NCBI GenBank assembly: GCA_963795085.1
Contig: CAWCFX010000004.1
Coordinates: 32,001 to 96,000 of the forward strand
From: an uncultured Gemmatimonadales bacterium
GTDB taxonomy: Bacteria; Gemmatimonadota; Gemmatimonadetes; Gemmatimonadales; GWC2-71-9
DNA: 64,000 nucleotides
Direction of reading: 5' to 3'
Shown: one piece after another, positions 27,745 to 37,052 of the stretch
Position numbering within the stretch: position 1 is the first letter of the stretch
How the letters are laid out: each line of letters begins with the position of its first letter
Notes under the pieces: generated by a model
Told to the model about the DNA's origin: nothing
What the model saw: only the letters and a program-made list of their open reading frames with translations
The model's database searches: none
Translations under genes and position numbers: made by a program

Positions 27745-28516
27745 CCCGCCTGGCCCGCTCCAGCCGATGGAGCCACCGGGCCAGGGTAGCGGGACTGGGA
27801 GTCCGGAATTGCGCGCCCCGCGGCCGGCGTCCTACCGCGATAGTCAGCGCCTTGGGGCCCAGCGCTCGAAAGGCGTCTTCGTCGGTCGTGTCATCCCCTG
27901 CGTACAGCACATGGCTCAGCGGAACCTTGCCTTTTTCGGTGCGTTCCAGCCACCGCTTCACGGCGGCGCCCTTATCGGCTCCCCGGGCGCGGACGTCGAT
28001 GACCCGCCGTCCCTTGAGGGCCTCCACCTCTTTTCCCATCAGGGCTCCGCGCACCATGCTCAGCAGCCGCCCCAGTTCCTCGGGCGAGAGCCGGTGGTGA
28101 AGCGCCACCGAATGGCCCTTCGATTCCAGCCGCACACCGGGCCAACTGCGTTCCAGTTCCCGGGCAATGGCGGTGGTAGCGGTCCTGAGGCCGGGATGGT
28201 CCCGAGCGGTCCAGTTGGCCACCCGGCGTTGCCGCAGCAGCTCGGCGCCATGGTTGCCGAGGATTCCGTCGAACTCCCCGCCCATGACGCGGTGGGCATC
28301 GCGGGCGGCCCGTCCGCTCACCAGCACCACGCTGGCCCCGGTCCGGCGGAGCGCCTGCAGCAGGTCGCGGGTCTTGCGGGGAGTCCGAGCGTCTTCCGGG
28401 CGGGACACGATCGGCGCCAGGGTTCCGTCCACATCCAGGAAGAGCACCGGCCGGGGCGCGGCCGCCAGCCGCTCGAACGCCGCCCGGCCCGCGCTGGCGG
28501 AGAGCGGCTGGGTCAC
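27722..28516 (-). CDS. otsB: Trehalose-6-phosphate phosphatase
   Basis: LFLDVDGTLAPI, VSGR, GNHGAE, DKG, GDDTTDEDAF; adjacent to otsA. Confidence 0.95.
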   Translation of the reverse strand: MTQPLSASAGRAAFERLAAAPRPVLFLDVDGTLAPIVSRPEDARTPRKTRDLLQALRRTGASVVLVSGRAARDAHRVMGGEFDGILGNHGAELLRQRRVANWTARDHPGLRTATTAIARELERSWPGVRLESKGHSVALHHRLSPEELGRLLSMVRGALMGKEVEALKGRRVIDVRARGADKGAAVKRWLERTEKGKVPLSHVLYAGDDTTDEDAFRALGPKALTIAVGRRPRGAQFRTPSPATLARWLHRLERARREQKAPLA

Positions 28517-29973
28517 CGCCGTCCCCGGAGTTTCTTGACGTCGCTGAAAATGCTCTTCATCCAGTCCTGAACGGTGTTGGTACTGACCTGCTTCTGCATG
28601 ATGCGGAGCCGGACGGCCCGCTCCCGGGGACCCATCGACAGCGCCACATGAAGCGTCCTGGCCAGCGACACCTCATCGTACGGGTTGATCAGCAGGGCGC
28701 CTTCCAGTTCTTCGGCCGCGCCGGCGAACTGGCTCAGCAGCAGCACGCCCAGCTTTTCCCCCTGGGCGGCCACGAACTCCTTGGCGACCAGGTTCATGCC
28801 GTCCTGCACCGGCGAGACGATGCAGACCGACGCCGCCTGGTACCACGCCACCAGGGTGGAGAGGTCCAGATTCTCGCGGATGTGCAGGATGGGCTTCCAG
28901 TTGTCCCGCCGGTGGGCCGCGTTGATGTCGCGCACCAGGATCGCGATCTCCCGTTCCAGGTCCTGGTATTCCGAGATGTCGCTGCGGGAAGGAACCGCGA
29001 CCTGGACCAGGGTGACCCGGCCATGCCACTCGGGGTGCTCGTCCAGCATGCGGCCGAACGCCGACAGCCGGTGGGGTATTCCCTTGGTGTAGTCGGCCCG
29101 GTCCACCCCCAGCACCAGCTGGCCGTCGGAGGGCACGTGCTCCCGGATCAGGCGCTTGCTGTGTTCCTGGATCTCGGGCCGGGCCGCCAGCCGATGGATG
29201 GTGCGCACGTCGATGGAGATCGGGTAGGCCCGGATGGTGGTCTTGTGCCCCCGGTAACGCACGACGCCGTTCTTGACGTCGGCCTTGGCGCCGGGAATCA
29301 GGTCGGCCACGCAGGCGATGAAATTGACGACGTGCCGGCGGGTGTGGAATCCCAGCAGGTCGTTACCCAGCAGTCCCCGCAGGAGGGCCCGCGCCGCGGG
29401 CAGCGCCCGCAGGATGTCCGGCGGCGGCCAGGGAATGTGCCAGAACTGGTGAATGAAGAGCCGCGGCGTATGTTGAAGCATCCCGGCAACCAGGCCCAGG
29501 TGGTAGTCGTGCACCCAGACGGTCGCCCGGCGACCCGCCGCCTCTTCGATGGCGGCCCTGGCAAACCGGCGGTTGACCGCCACGTAGGTCTTCCAGGAGT
29601 CGGCGTTGAAGCTGAAATGGGTCAGTTGCAGGTGGCAAAGGGGCCAGAGGGAACGGTTGGCGATGTCCAGGTAGTACGCCTCGATTTCCTTTTCGGTAAG
29701 CGCGATACGCCGGAGCAGGAATGAAGGATTGTCCGGCGGAACCAGGATCCGGCCGTCCCGGTCGGTGACCTCGAAATCGGCGGCGCCGCTTCCCCAGGCG
29801 ATCCAGGTGCCGCCCGTCTCGGTGACGGCCGGCTGGAGGGCGGCGGTCACGCCACCGGCCGGGGACCCCGCCACCGGGGCGCCATCGGGCCCGAAATCGT
29901 GTTCGATGGGTTCCCGGTTGCTGAGAAGAATGAGGCGCGGACCATCAGAACGGGTATTTCGCAGCTTGACCAT
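28513..29973 (-). CDS. otsA: Trehalose-6-phosphate synthase (GT20)
   Basis: SNREP, AGG, WVHDYHL, FWHIPWP, GVDRADYTKG, DGMNLVAKEF. Confidence 0.96.
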   Translation of the reverse strand: MVKLRNTRSDGPRLILLSNREPIEHDFGPDGAPVAGSPAGGVTAALQPAVTETGGTWIAWGSGAADFEVTDRDGRILVPPDNPSFLLRRIALTEKEIEAYYLDIANRSLWPLCHLQLTHFSFNADSWKTYVAVNRRFARAAIEEAAGRRATVWVHDYHLGLVAGMLQHTPRLFIHQFWHIPWPPPDILRALPAARALLRGLLGNDLLGFHTRRHVVNFIACVADLIPGAKADVKNGVVRYRGHKTTIRAYPISIDVRTIHRLAARPEIQEHSKRLIREHVPSDGQLVLGVDRADYTKGIPHRLSAFGRMLDEHPEWHGRVTLVQVAVPSRSDISEYQDLEREIAILVRDINAAHRRDNWKPILHIRENLDLSTLVAWYQAASVCIVSPVQDGMNLVAKEFVAAQGEKLGVLLLSQFAGAAEELEGALLINPYDEVSLARTLHVALSMGPRERAVRLRIMQKQVSTNTVQDWMKSIFSDVKKLRGRR

Positions 29974-30032
29974 GTCTCGCCGGTACGGGATATTCTCAAC
30001 ATAACGAATTTTCTTCCATTCAAGGGAATATC

Positions 30033-30488
30033 ATGTCATCCCGCTGGCTCCTGTTGGGCCTGGCACTGGGATGTGCCCGGCCCGTTCCGCGGCCCCAGCC
30101 CTCGATGGACCCGGGCCGGCTGGACACCCCGCTCCTGCGCCAGTTCACCCACGCGGCGGCCGCCTGGAACCGCGGGGATCTCGAGGCCTTCATGGCGGAC
30201 TATCCGCGGGACAGCACCCCGACCTACGTCGCCGGCACGGAGACCCTTCGCGGCTATGACGCCATCCGCGGCCGCTATGCGCCGAGTTTTGCCCCTGGCG
30301 CCCGGCGGGACAGTCTCCGTTTCGAAAACTTCAGCGTCCGTCCCATCAGCGGCGACTACGCCCTGGTCACGGCCCGATTCATCCTGTATGCCAACGGCCG
30401 GACCACTGCCAGCGGTCCGTTCACACTCCTCATGCACCGGCGCCCGGAAGGGTGGAAGATTCTTCATGACCATTCATCGAGCGATTAG
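30033..30488 (+). CDS. NTF2-like (DUF4440/YybH) lipoprotein
   Basis: LALGC lipobox; AWNRGDLEAFM; GWKILHDHSS. Confidence 0.88.
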   Translation: MSSRWLLLGLALGCARPVPRPQPSMDPGRLDTPLLRQFTHAAAAWNRGDLEAFMADYPRDSTPTYVAGTETLRGYDAIRGRYAPSFAPGARRDSLRFENFSVRPISGDYALVTARFILYANGRTTASGPFTLLMHRRPEGWKILHDHSSSD

Positions 30489-31827
30489 GACCCTTTTCTT
30501 TCCCGCGCTCCTGCTTTGGGCGGCTGCCTGCGGCCGCGGGGAGAAGGACCGGATCGCCCTGGTGGGCGGGACCGTCATCGACATCGGGGACGGCTCCACG
30601 GTACCCAACGCGGTGGTGGTCATCTACAAGACCCGTATCGAAACGGTGGCGTCCGCCGCGGGATTCGAGATTCCCAAGCGAGCCGTGCAGATCGACGTGT
30701 CGGGGCGCTACCTGATTCCCGGCCTGATCGATGCCCACGCCCACGTCCGGCGCTGGGCCCTGCCCCGGTATCTGGCGTATGGGGTCACCACCGTCCGCGA
30801 CCTCCACGGCGCCGGCGACTCCATTGCGGCCCTCCGCGACGAGGTCAACCTTGGTGCCATTCCCGGCCCCCGCATGTTCATCGCGGGGGCCATGATTGAC
30901 GGGCCGTCGTCCAGCTTCGCCGAGGCGGGCCTCGCCCGGACACCGGCGGAGGCCCGGAAACTGGTCGACGACCGGGTCCTGAACCACACCGACCTGATCA
31001 AGGTCTACACCCGGATCACGCCCGACCTGCTCCGCCCCCTGGTCATCGAAGCCGGGACGCTGAGCCTGCCGGTGGCCGCGCACCTGGGACTCACCGATGC
31101 CATCACCGCGGCGCGGGCCGGCGTCCGGAGCATCGAGCACCTCACCGGCGTGCCGGAAGCCGCCGCCAACCCTGCGCCTTTCTTCGCGGCGCATACCCGG
31201 TCGCTCTTCGACGGCTGGAATTACTTCGAGCGAAGCTGGGGCAGCCTCGATTCCACCAGCCTGTCACGGGTGGCGCAGGCGCTGGCGGAATCGCGGGTGT
31301 ACATGGTGCCGACGCTGGTGCTGCACGAGATCTACAGCCGCCTGGACGACCCGGCCATGCTCGCCAACGCCGCCCTGGCCATCGTCCCCGATTCGGAGAA
31401 GACCCTCTGGGACGTACCGAACATGATCCGGCGCGCCGGCTGGACCGCCGCAGACTTTGCGGCCTTTCGGCAGGCCCGGACCAACCAGGACCTGTTCATC
31501 CGGGAGTTCCGCGGCGCGGGAGGGATACTGGTAGCCGGCACCGATGCCTCCAGCCCGATGATCATCCCCGGCCTGAGCCTGCACCGGGAGCTGGAGCTGC
31601 TGGTGGCCGCCGGCCTCTCTCCCCGGGACGCCCTCTCGGCCGCGACCCGGAGCGCGGCGGCGCTGCTCGCCGCCGATTCCCTGGGGCGGATCGCGCCCGG
31701 CAAAGTGGCCGACATCCTCATTCTGACCGCAAATCCGCTGGAGAACATCTCCAATACCCAGACCATCGAACGGGTGATTCTCCGCGGGCTGGTATACGGC
31801 ACCGATTCACTCCGCGCCGACTGGTAA
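30466..31827 (+). CDS. Amidohydrolase family lipoprotein
   Basis: ATG 30466, WAAAC lipobox; LIPGLIDAHAH, GVTTVRD, SIEH, AGTDA, GRIAPGKVAD. Confidence 0.92.
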   Translation: MTIHRAIRTLFFPALLLWAAACGRGEKDRIALVGGTVIDIGDGSTVPNAVVVIYKTRIETVASAAGFEIPKRAVQIDVSGRYLIPGLIDAHAHVRRWALPRYLAYGVTTVRDLHGAGDSIAALRDEVNLGAIPGPRMFIAGAMIDGPSSSFAEAGLARTPAEARKLVDDRVLNHTDLIKVYTRITPDLLRPLVIEAGTLSLPVAAHLGLTDAITAARAGVRSIEHLTGVPEAAANPAPFFAAHTRSLFDGWNYFERSWGSLDSTSLSRVAQALAESRVYMVPTLVLHEIYSRLDDPAMLANAALAIVPDSEKTLWDVPNMIRRAGWTAADFAAFRQARTNQDLFIREFRGAGGILVAGTDASSPMIIPGLSLHRELELLVAAGLSPRDALSAATRSAAALLAADSLGRIAPGKVADILILTANPLENISNTQTIERVILRGLVYGTDSLRADW

Positions 31828-31830
31828 CCG

Positions 31831-32187
31831 ATGTCCTTGTCGCGGCTGCTGCTCGCGTGGGTGCTGGTCAGCGCATGGTTCCTGGCCGTCGAACAGATAG
31901 AGAAACGACTGGCCGGCTCCCCCGCCGCCGGCCGGCTCCGCGCGGGCTGGAGGGTGTACCTCGCCGACGCGCTGCTCCTGACGCTGTTCGCCGGCCTGTG
32001 GTTTGCCAGCCTCGGACACGGAGGGTGGGTGCTGCTCTTTGCCCTTACCGGTTTCCTGATGGAAGGCCCGGCCCGCTACCGCGATGGCGCGGCGCGGCCG
32101 GACTGGAGCGGCACCGGCCTGGTCCGCGTGCTGGCCGGGGTCAGCCGGATCGTCGTGGCGGGCGGCATTCTCGCCTGGACGATGTGA
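31831..32187 (+). CDS. Small membrane protein
   Basis: Four hydrophobic segments; operonic spacing. Confidence 0.7.
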   Translation: MSLSRLLLAWVLVSAWFLAVEQIEKRLAGSPAAGRLRAGWRVYLADALLLTLFAGLWFASLGHGGWVLLFALTGFLMEGPARYRDGAARPDWSGTGLVRVLAGVSRIVVAGGILAWTM

Positions 32188-32245
32188 GACAGGGCTGGAT
32201 CGGGTCCTCGCCTCACTGGCTGCTCACCCTTAGTATCTTCCCCCC

Positions 32246-33304
32246 ATGTCCGACCCAACTCCCGACCAGCGGCCGCGAATCCGGCTGACCTCGCTCTCCC
32301 ACGGCGCCGGCTGAGCTTGCAAGCTCGGCGCCGCCGAGCTGGCGCAGGTCCTGCGCCACCTGCCCAGCGTCGTGAATTCCAATGTCCTGGTGGATGCGGC
32401 CAGCCGGGACGATGCCGCGGTGTACCGCCTGAGCGACGACCGGGCGATCGTCGCGACGGTGGACTTCTTCACGCCGATCGTGGACGACCCCGTCGCGTGG
32501 GGCGCCATCACCGCCGCCAACGCGCTGAGTGACATCTACGCGATGGGGGCGACACCGCTGTTTGCGTTGAACCTGGTGGGCTGGCCCCGGGGGAAACTGT
32601 CCTACGAGGTCCTGGGCGAGGTGATGCGGGGCGCCGCGGAAGTGGCTGCGGAAGCGGGCTGTCTCCTGCTGGGCGGCCACTCGGTGGACGACCCGGAGCC
32701 CAAGTTCGGCATGTGCGTCATCGGCGAGGTGCATCCGGACCGGCTGCTCACCAACTCCCAGGCCCGCCCCGGGGACCGGCTGGTCCTCACCAAGCCGCTG
32801 GGGACCGGGATTCTCTCCACTGCGCTCAAGCGGGGGATGATCGACGAGGCGGCCATGGCGCCGGCCATCGAATCCATGCGGACGCTCAACCGTGGCGCGA
32901 TGGAGATCGCCCTGCGTCACGGTGTCCGCGCCGCGACCGATGTGACCGGGTTCGGGCTGCTGGGCCACCTGGGCAACATCCTGGCCGGAAGCGGGGTCGG
33001 AGCCGAGATTTCGTTCGGGTCACTCCCGTTTCTCGGCCGGGTTCGAGAGATGGCAGAAGCGGGTGCCATCCCGGGAGGCACCGAGCGCAACCTCGCCGCC
33101 GCGGACACGGTCGAGTGGGCCTCCCACCTCACCAGCACCGACCGCATGCTGACGGCCGACGCCCAGACATCGGGCGGCCTTCTCCTTGCGGTGCCACCGG
33201 ACCGGGTGGCTGCCCTGGTAGAGGAGTTAAGAGGCCAGGGTGCCCTCGCCCACGCCATCATCGGGACCCTGAACCCGGCGGCAGGTATCATCAGGGTGAC
33301 CTGA
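32246..33304 (+). CDS. selD: Selenide, water dikinase (selenophosphate synthetase) with Sec at the in-frame TGA 32312-32314
   Basis: ATG 32246 gives RIRLTSLSHGAG-U-ACKLG, in frame with DDAAVY, TVDFFTPIVDDP, NALSDIYAMG, GGHS, TDVTGFGLLGH and DAQTSGGLL. Confidence 0.95.
32322..32358 (+). promoter_or_regulatory. Candidate bacterial SECIS element
   Basis: Hairpins AGCTCGGC-GCC-GCCGAGCT and TGGCGCAG-GTC-CTGCGCCA immediately 3' of the UGA. Confidence 0.6.
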
Positions 33305-33359
33305 CGAGGCACCTGACTGGCCACCTCACCTCTCCCCTCACGTCTCACATCTCCCTTCT

Positions 33360-33581
33360 ATGGCCTATCGCTGGACCACCCAACGCATGGACCTGCTGGA
33401 GCGCGCCGTGCGGGAAGCGCGCCGGGTGGCCATCAGCCGCCGGGGAACCGAGTTCATCGTGACGGCCGTCCGGATCACTTCCGTCCGGGCCCGGGATGCC
33501 CTGATCGGCCGGCTGCCCATGACCGGTGAGGAGATGGTCTTCGTCCTCGATGAACTGGAGGCCTTCTCGGTGCTGGACTAG
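33360..33581 (+). CDS. Small hypothetical protein (73 aa)
   Basis: GC3-rich codons; LERAVREARRVAISRRGTEFIV. Confidence 0.7.
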   Translation: MAYRWTTQRMDLLERAVREARRVAISRRGTEFIVTAVRITSVRARDALIGRLPMTGEEMVFVLDELEAFSVLD

Positions 33582-33736
33582 GCGAAAAATGGGACCTGCG
33601 TCACACTCTCAGGAAATGGATGTTTACGTCACAGACAAGGCACCGGCCGACTGTGAGATTGGGCGATCTCCGGTTTCCCCTAAAGCCTTAGGGCGTAACC
33701 AATTATACGGTACGTATACCCTTACGGGGCTGGCCG

Positions 33737-34807
33737 ATGCGCTTCTTTACGAGGTTGATCGACTTCTTCACGATGGGCTCCGAGCGCCCGGTGATGCGGC
33801 TGGTCGCCTACTACCTCTTCCTGGCGGGCCTCACGGTGGGCCTCCTGTACGCCTTCCCGGTTCTGACCCATCTGTTCTCCGGCGAGCGGCTGGATGAACT
33901 GACCAGCGCGCCCCAGCTTCTGCAGGATGGGCTGACCTCGGACCAGTTCGAGACGCCGGTCATCGAAATGCCGGCCCGGCTGGAGCTGGCGATCATCACC
34001 GTCTCGATCATGTTCGGGACCCTGGCGCTGATGCTCCCGGTCTCCTGGGTGTACATGTCCGCCCGGCAGACCAAGGGGTTCAGCCAGTCCATCGTGCAAA
34101 CCCTGGTCATCCTGCCGGTGGTGGTGGCGGGGATCGTACTCATCGTCCGCAACAGCCTGGCGCTGGCATTCAGCCTGGCCGGCATCGTGGCAGGAGTCCG
34201 GTTCCGGAATACGCTCAAGGAAGCCAGAGATGCGGTGTTCATCTTCCTGGCGATCCTGGTCGGCCTGGCGGCCGGGGTCCAGGCGCTGACGGTTGGGTTC
34301 ATCGTTTCGATCGTTTTCAACTTCGTGGTCCTGCTGATCTGGCGGTATGATTTCGGGCGCAACGTGCTGGAACCAAACGCCGGCGGCACCTGGGCGGAGC
34401 CGTTGAAGAATCTCGCCAATGACACGGGGGAGGTACCCGACCGGGACCTGGTGCTGGCCCTCTCGCCCAGCAAGGTGAAGGCCCTGGAAGAGCGGTTCGC
34501 GCGGGTGCGGCAGATGGTGAGCCCCAAGGGAAAGAAACAGCAGTACGACGGCGTCCTTCATGTCACGACGGAGCAGCTGCAGCCGGCGCAGGTCGCGCTG
34601 GAGGCGGTGCTCGACGACTCTACCAAGCGCTGGAAGCTCGACGAGGTCATCTCCAACGAGGGCAAGCCGTCCGAGCTCTACTACCTGGTGAAGACCCGGA
34701 AGTCCATCGACCGGGAGGAACTCCTGACCGAGATTCATGCCCGGGACGAGAACACCCTCATTTCGGCGGACCTGGAAATCGCCGGCTCCAGGAAGGACGA
34801 CGATTGA
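33737..34807 (+). CDS. DUF4956 domain membrane protein
   Basis: VRNSLALAFSLAGIVAGVRFRNTLKEARD..FIF. Confidence 0.85.
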   Translation: MRFFTRLIDFFTMGSERPVMRLVAYYLFLAGLTVGLLYAFPVLTHLFSGERLDELTSAPQLLQDGLTSDQFETPVIEMPARLELAIITVSIMFGTLALMLPVSWVYMSARQTKGFSQSIVQTLVILPVVVAGIVLIVRNSLALAFSLAGIVAGVRFRNTLKEARDAVFIFLAILVGLAAGVQALTVGFIVSIVFNFVVLLIWRYDFGRNVLEPNAGGTWAEPLKNLANDTGEVPDRDLVLALSPSKVKALEERFARVRQMVSPKGKKQQYDGVLHVTTEQLQPAQVALEAVLDDSTKRWKLDEVISNEGKPSELYYLVKTRKSIDREELLTEIHARDENTLISADLEIAGSRKDDD

Positions 34808-35697
34808 TGCGGGGCGGGTTGCTCCCCTGCCTCGCGGTGGCCGTCCTGCTGGCTGGGTACGGGTGCCGGGACCGAGCCGGCCGGGGCGAGACCACGGACC
34901 TGGCCGCCCGGGCGGCCCGCCTGGACGCGGCCAGGACCGCGGACTCCAGCAGCCGGGACGAGCCGCTGGCCCGCTGGGTCATGCCCAAAAACCTGGCAGA
35001 GATCTCGGGGCTGGCCCTCTCGCCCGATGGCCGGCTCTTCACCCACCCCGACGAGCACGGCGTGGTGTCCCAGGTCGACTATCGCCGCGGCATCACGATC
35101 AAACAGTTCGTGCTGGGCCGCCGCAAAGGCGTGCAGGCGGATTTCGAGGGGATCGCCATCACGCCCGAGGCCATGTATCTCCTCACCAGTAATGGCAGGC
35201 TGTACCAGTTCAAGGAAGGCGCCAACGGCGAAAACGTCGAGTACACCATGCAGGACCTCGAACTCGGCAAGGAATGCGAGTTCGAGGGGCTCGCCTACGA
35301 CTCGACGCTCAACGCCCTGCTCCTCGCCTGCAAGAACGTGGGGATCAAGGAGCTCAAGGACCACCTGGTGATCTATCGCTACCGGCTGGGTGACGGCGGG
35401 GGCGAACGGCTCTCGCGGCTGGACGTTCCCGTGAGCCAGATCCAGGAGCAGCATGACTGGAAGGACATCGGGCCCACCGGCATCGACGTGGATCCCCAGA
35501 CCGGGAATTATGTGCTGCTCACCATGGAGAAGGCGCTGATCATCATGACCCGAGAGGGAACCATCCTCGAGGTTCGCAGGCTGCCCCCGGCCCATGACCA
35601 GCCAGAAGGAATCGCGATCACCCGGGACAGCCTCCTGATTATCAGCGACGAAGCGGTCACCCGGCCCGCGACCGTCACTGTTTACCGCTGGCCCTGA
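34807..35697 (+). CDS. SdiA-regulated (YjiK-like) beta-propeller lipoprotein
   Basis: AGYGC lipobox; LAEISGLA, DFEGIA, EFEGLAYD, QPEGIAI..DSLLIISDE. Confidence 0.85.
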   Translation: MRGGLLPCLAVAVLLAGYGCRDRAGRGETTDLAARAARLDAARTADSSSRDEPLARWVMPKNLAEISGLALSPDGRLFTHPDEHGVVSQVDYRRGITIKQFVLGRRKGVQADFEGIAITPEAMYLLTSNGRLYQFKEGANGENVEYTMQDLELGKECEFEGLAYDSTLNALLLACKNVGIKELKDHLVIYRYRLGDGGGERLSRLDVPVSQIQEQHDWKDIGPTGIDVDPQTGNYVLLTMEKALIIMTREGTILEVRRLPPAHDQPEGIAITRDSLLIISDEAVTRPATVTVYRWP

Positions 35698-35707
35698 GGG
35701 CGACCAG

Positions 35708-37012
35708 ATGCGCAGGCTCGCCCTGGTTTCTGCCCTGTTCCTGGCCGCGAGCTGCGGCACCGGCCTCCTCCCTCCCAGCCTCGAGCCCGCCCCACCGGCC
35801 GATGCCGCCGCCGTTGAAGCGACCATTTATCTGATTGGCGATGCCGGCAACCCGGCTCCCGAAGAGCCGGTCCTGATCGCCCTGAAGAGACAGATCACCG
35901 CGGGAACCGGCGACCGGGTCGTCGTTTTTCTCGGCGACAACGTCTATCCCCGGGGCCTTCCCGTCGAGGGCGCCCCCGACCGGAGCGAGGCGGAGCGGCG
36001 GCTGCTGGCCCAGGTGGAGGTGGGGACCGAAACCCGGGTACCGGTCTATTTCGTCGGCGGCAACCACGACTGGACCTACATGGGCCCCTCCGGCTGGGAT
36101 GGCATCAAGCGGCAAAGCGAGTTCATCGAGAAGAACGGGGGCGGCTTTGCGCTGCTGTTGCCGGCAAACGGCTGCCCCGGCCCCGAGGTCCGGGACGTAG
36201 GCCGGCAGGTGCGTATCGTCCTCCTCGACACCCAGTGGTGGGTGCACGAGTTCGCGAAACCCGTGGATTCCACCTCCGGCTGTGCCACCTGGACCGAGAA
36301 GCAGGTCATCGATTCGCTGCGCGGCGCGCTGGCCTCTGCGGCCCGTGAAGATTCGGCGAAGAAGGCCCTGCCGGTGGCCCGGGACTCGGTCGCCGCCGCC
36401 GCGGATTCGGCCAAGAAGGCCACGCCGGTTCCCGCCGTGCGCGATTCCGTGGACCGGGCCAGGAAAGTGGCGACCGATTCGTTGACCCAGGCCCGGGATA
36501 CGGTCGCCAACCGGCACGTGATCGTGGTCGGGCATCACCCGCTGGAATCGGGGGGCCAGCACGGCGGGTACTTCGGGTGGCAGCGTCATCTCTTTCCGCT
36601 TCGCCGGTTCGCCAACTGGCTGTGGATTCCGCTGCCGGGAATCGGGTCGATCGAGCCGATCGCGCGGCAGGAAGGCGGCACCAACCAGGACCTGGCGGGG
36701 CCGCTCTACACCCGGCTGCGCAACTCGCTGGAAGATGTCTTTGCCGACCACAAACCGCTGGTGTACGCCGCCGGCCACGACCATGACCTGCAGGTTCTCA
36801 AAGGCGATCATGCGAAGGTGGTGCTGGTCAGTGGGACCGGCATCTACGGACACGTGAGCCCGGTGGACTATCGCCCCAACACCCATTTCGCCGCCTCGGT
36901 AAGCGGATTCATGCGGATAGACGTGCTGCGGGATGGCAAGGTCCGGCTGGGCGTTATCACCGTCAATGTCCTGGGGGAGACTGACGAAGCGTTTTCGATG
37001 TACCTGGAGTAG
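35708..37012 (+). CDS. Calcineurin-like metallophosphoesterase lipoprotein
   Basis: LAASC lipobox; IGDAG, LGDNVY, GNHDW, GHHP, GHDH. Confidence 0.93.
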   Translation: MRRLALVSALFLAASCGTGLLPPSLEPAPPADAAAVEATIYLIGDAGNPAPEEPVLIALKRQITAGTGDRVVVFLGDNVYPRGLPVEGAPDRSEAERRLLAQVEVGTETRVPVYFVGGNHDWTYMGPSGWDGIKRQSEFIEKNGGGFALLLPANGCPGPEVRDVGRQVRIVLLDTQWWVHEFAKPVDSTSGCATWTEKQVIDSLRGALASAAREDSAKKALPVARDSVAAAADSAKKATPVPAVRDSVDRARKVATDSLTQARDTVANRHVIVVGHHPLESGGQHGGYFGWQRHLFPLRRFANWLWIPLPGIGSIEPIARQEGGTNQDLAGPLYTRLRNSLEDVFADHKPLVYAAGHDHDLQVLKGDHAKVVLVSGTGIYGHVSPVDYRPNTHFAASVSGFMRIDVLRDGKVRLGVITVNVLGETDEAFSMYLE

Positions 37013-37052
37013 TCCCCTCTTCTGCGTGCAAGCGCGACGGGTAGCGGAAACC

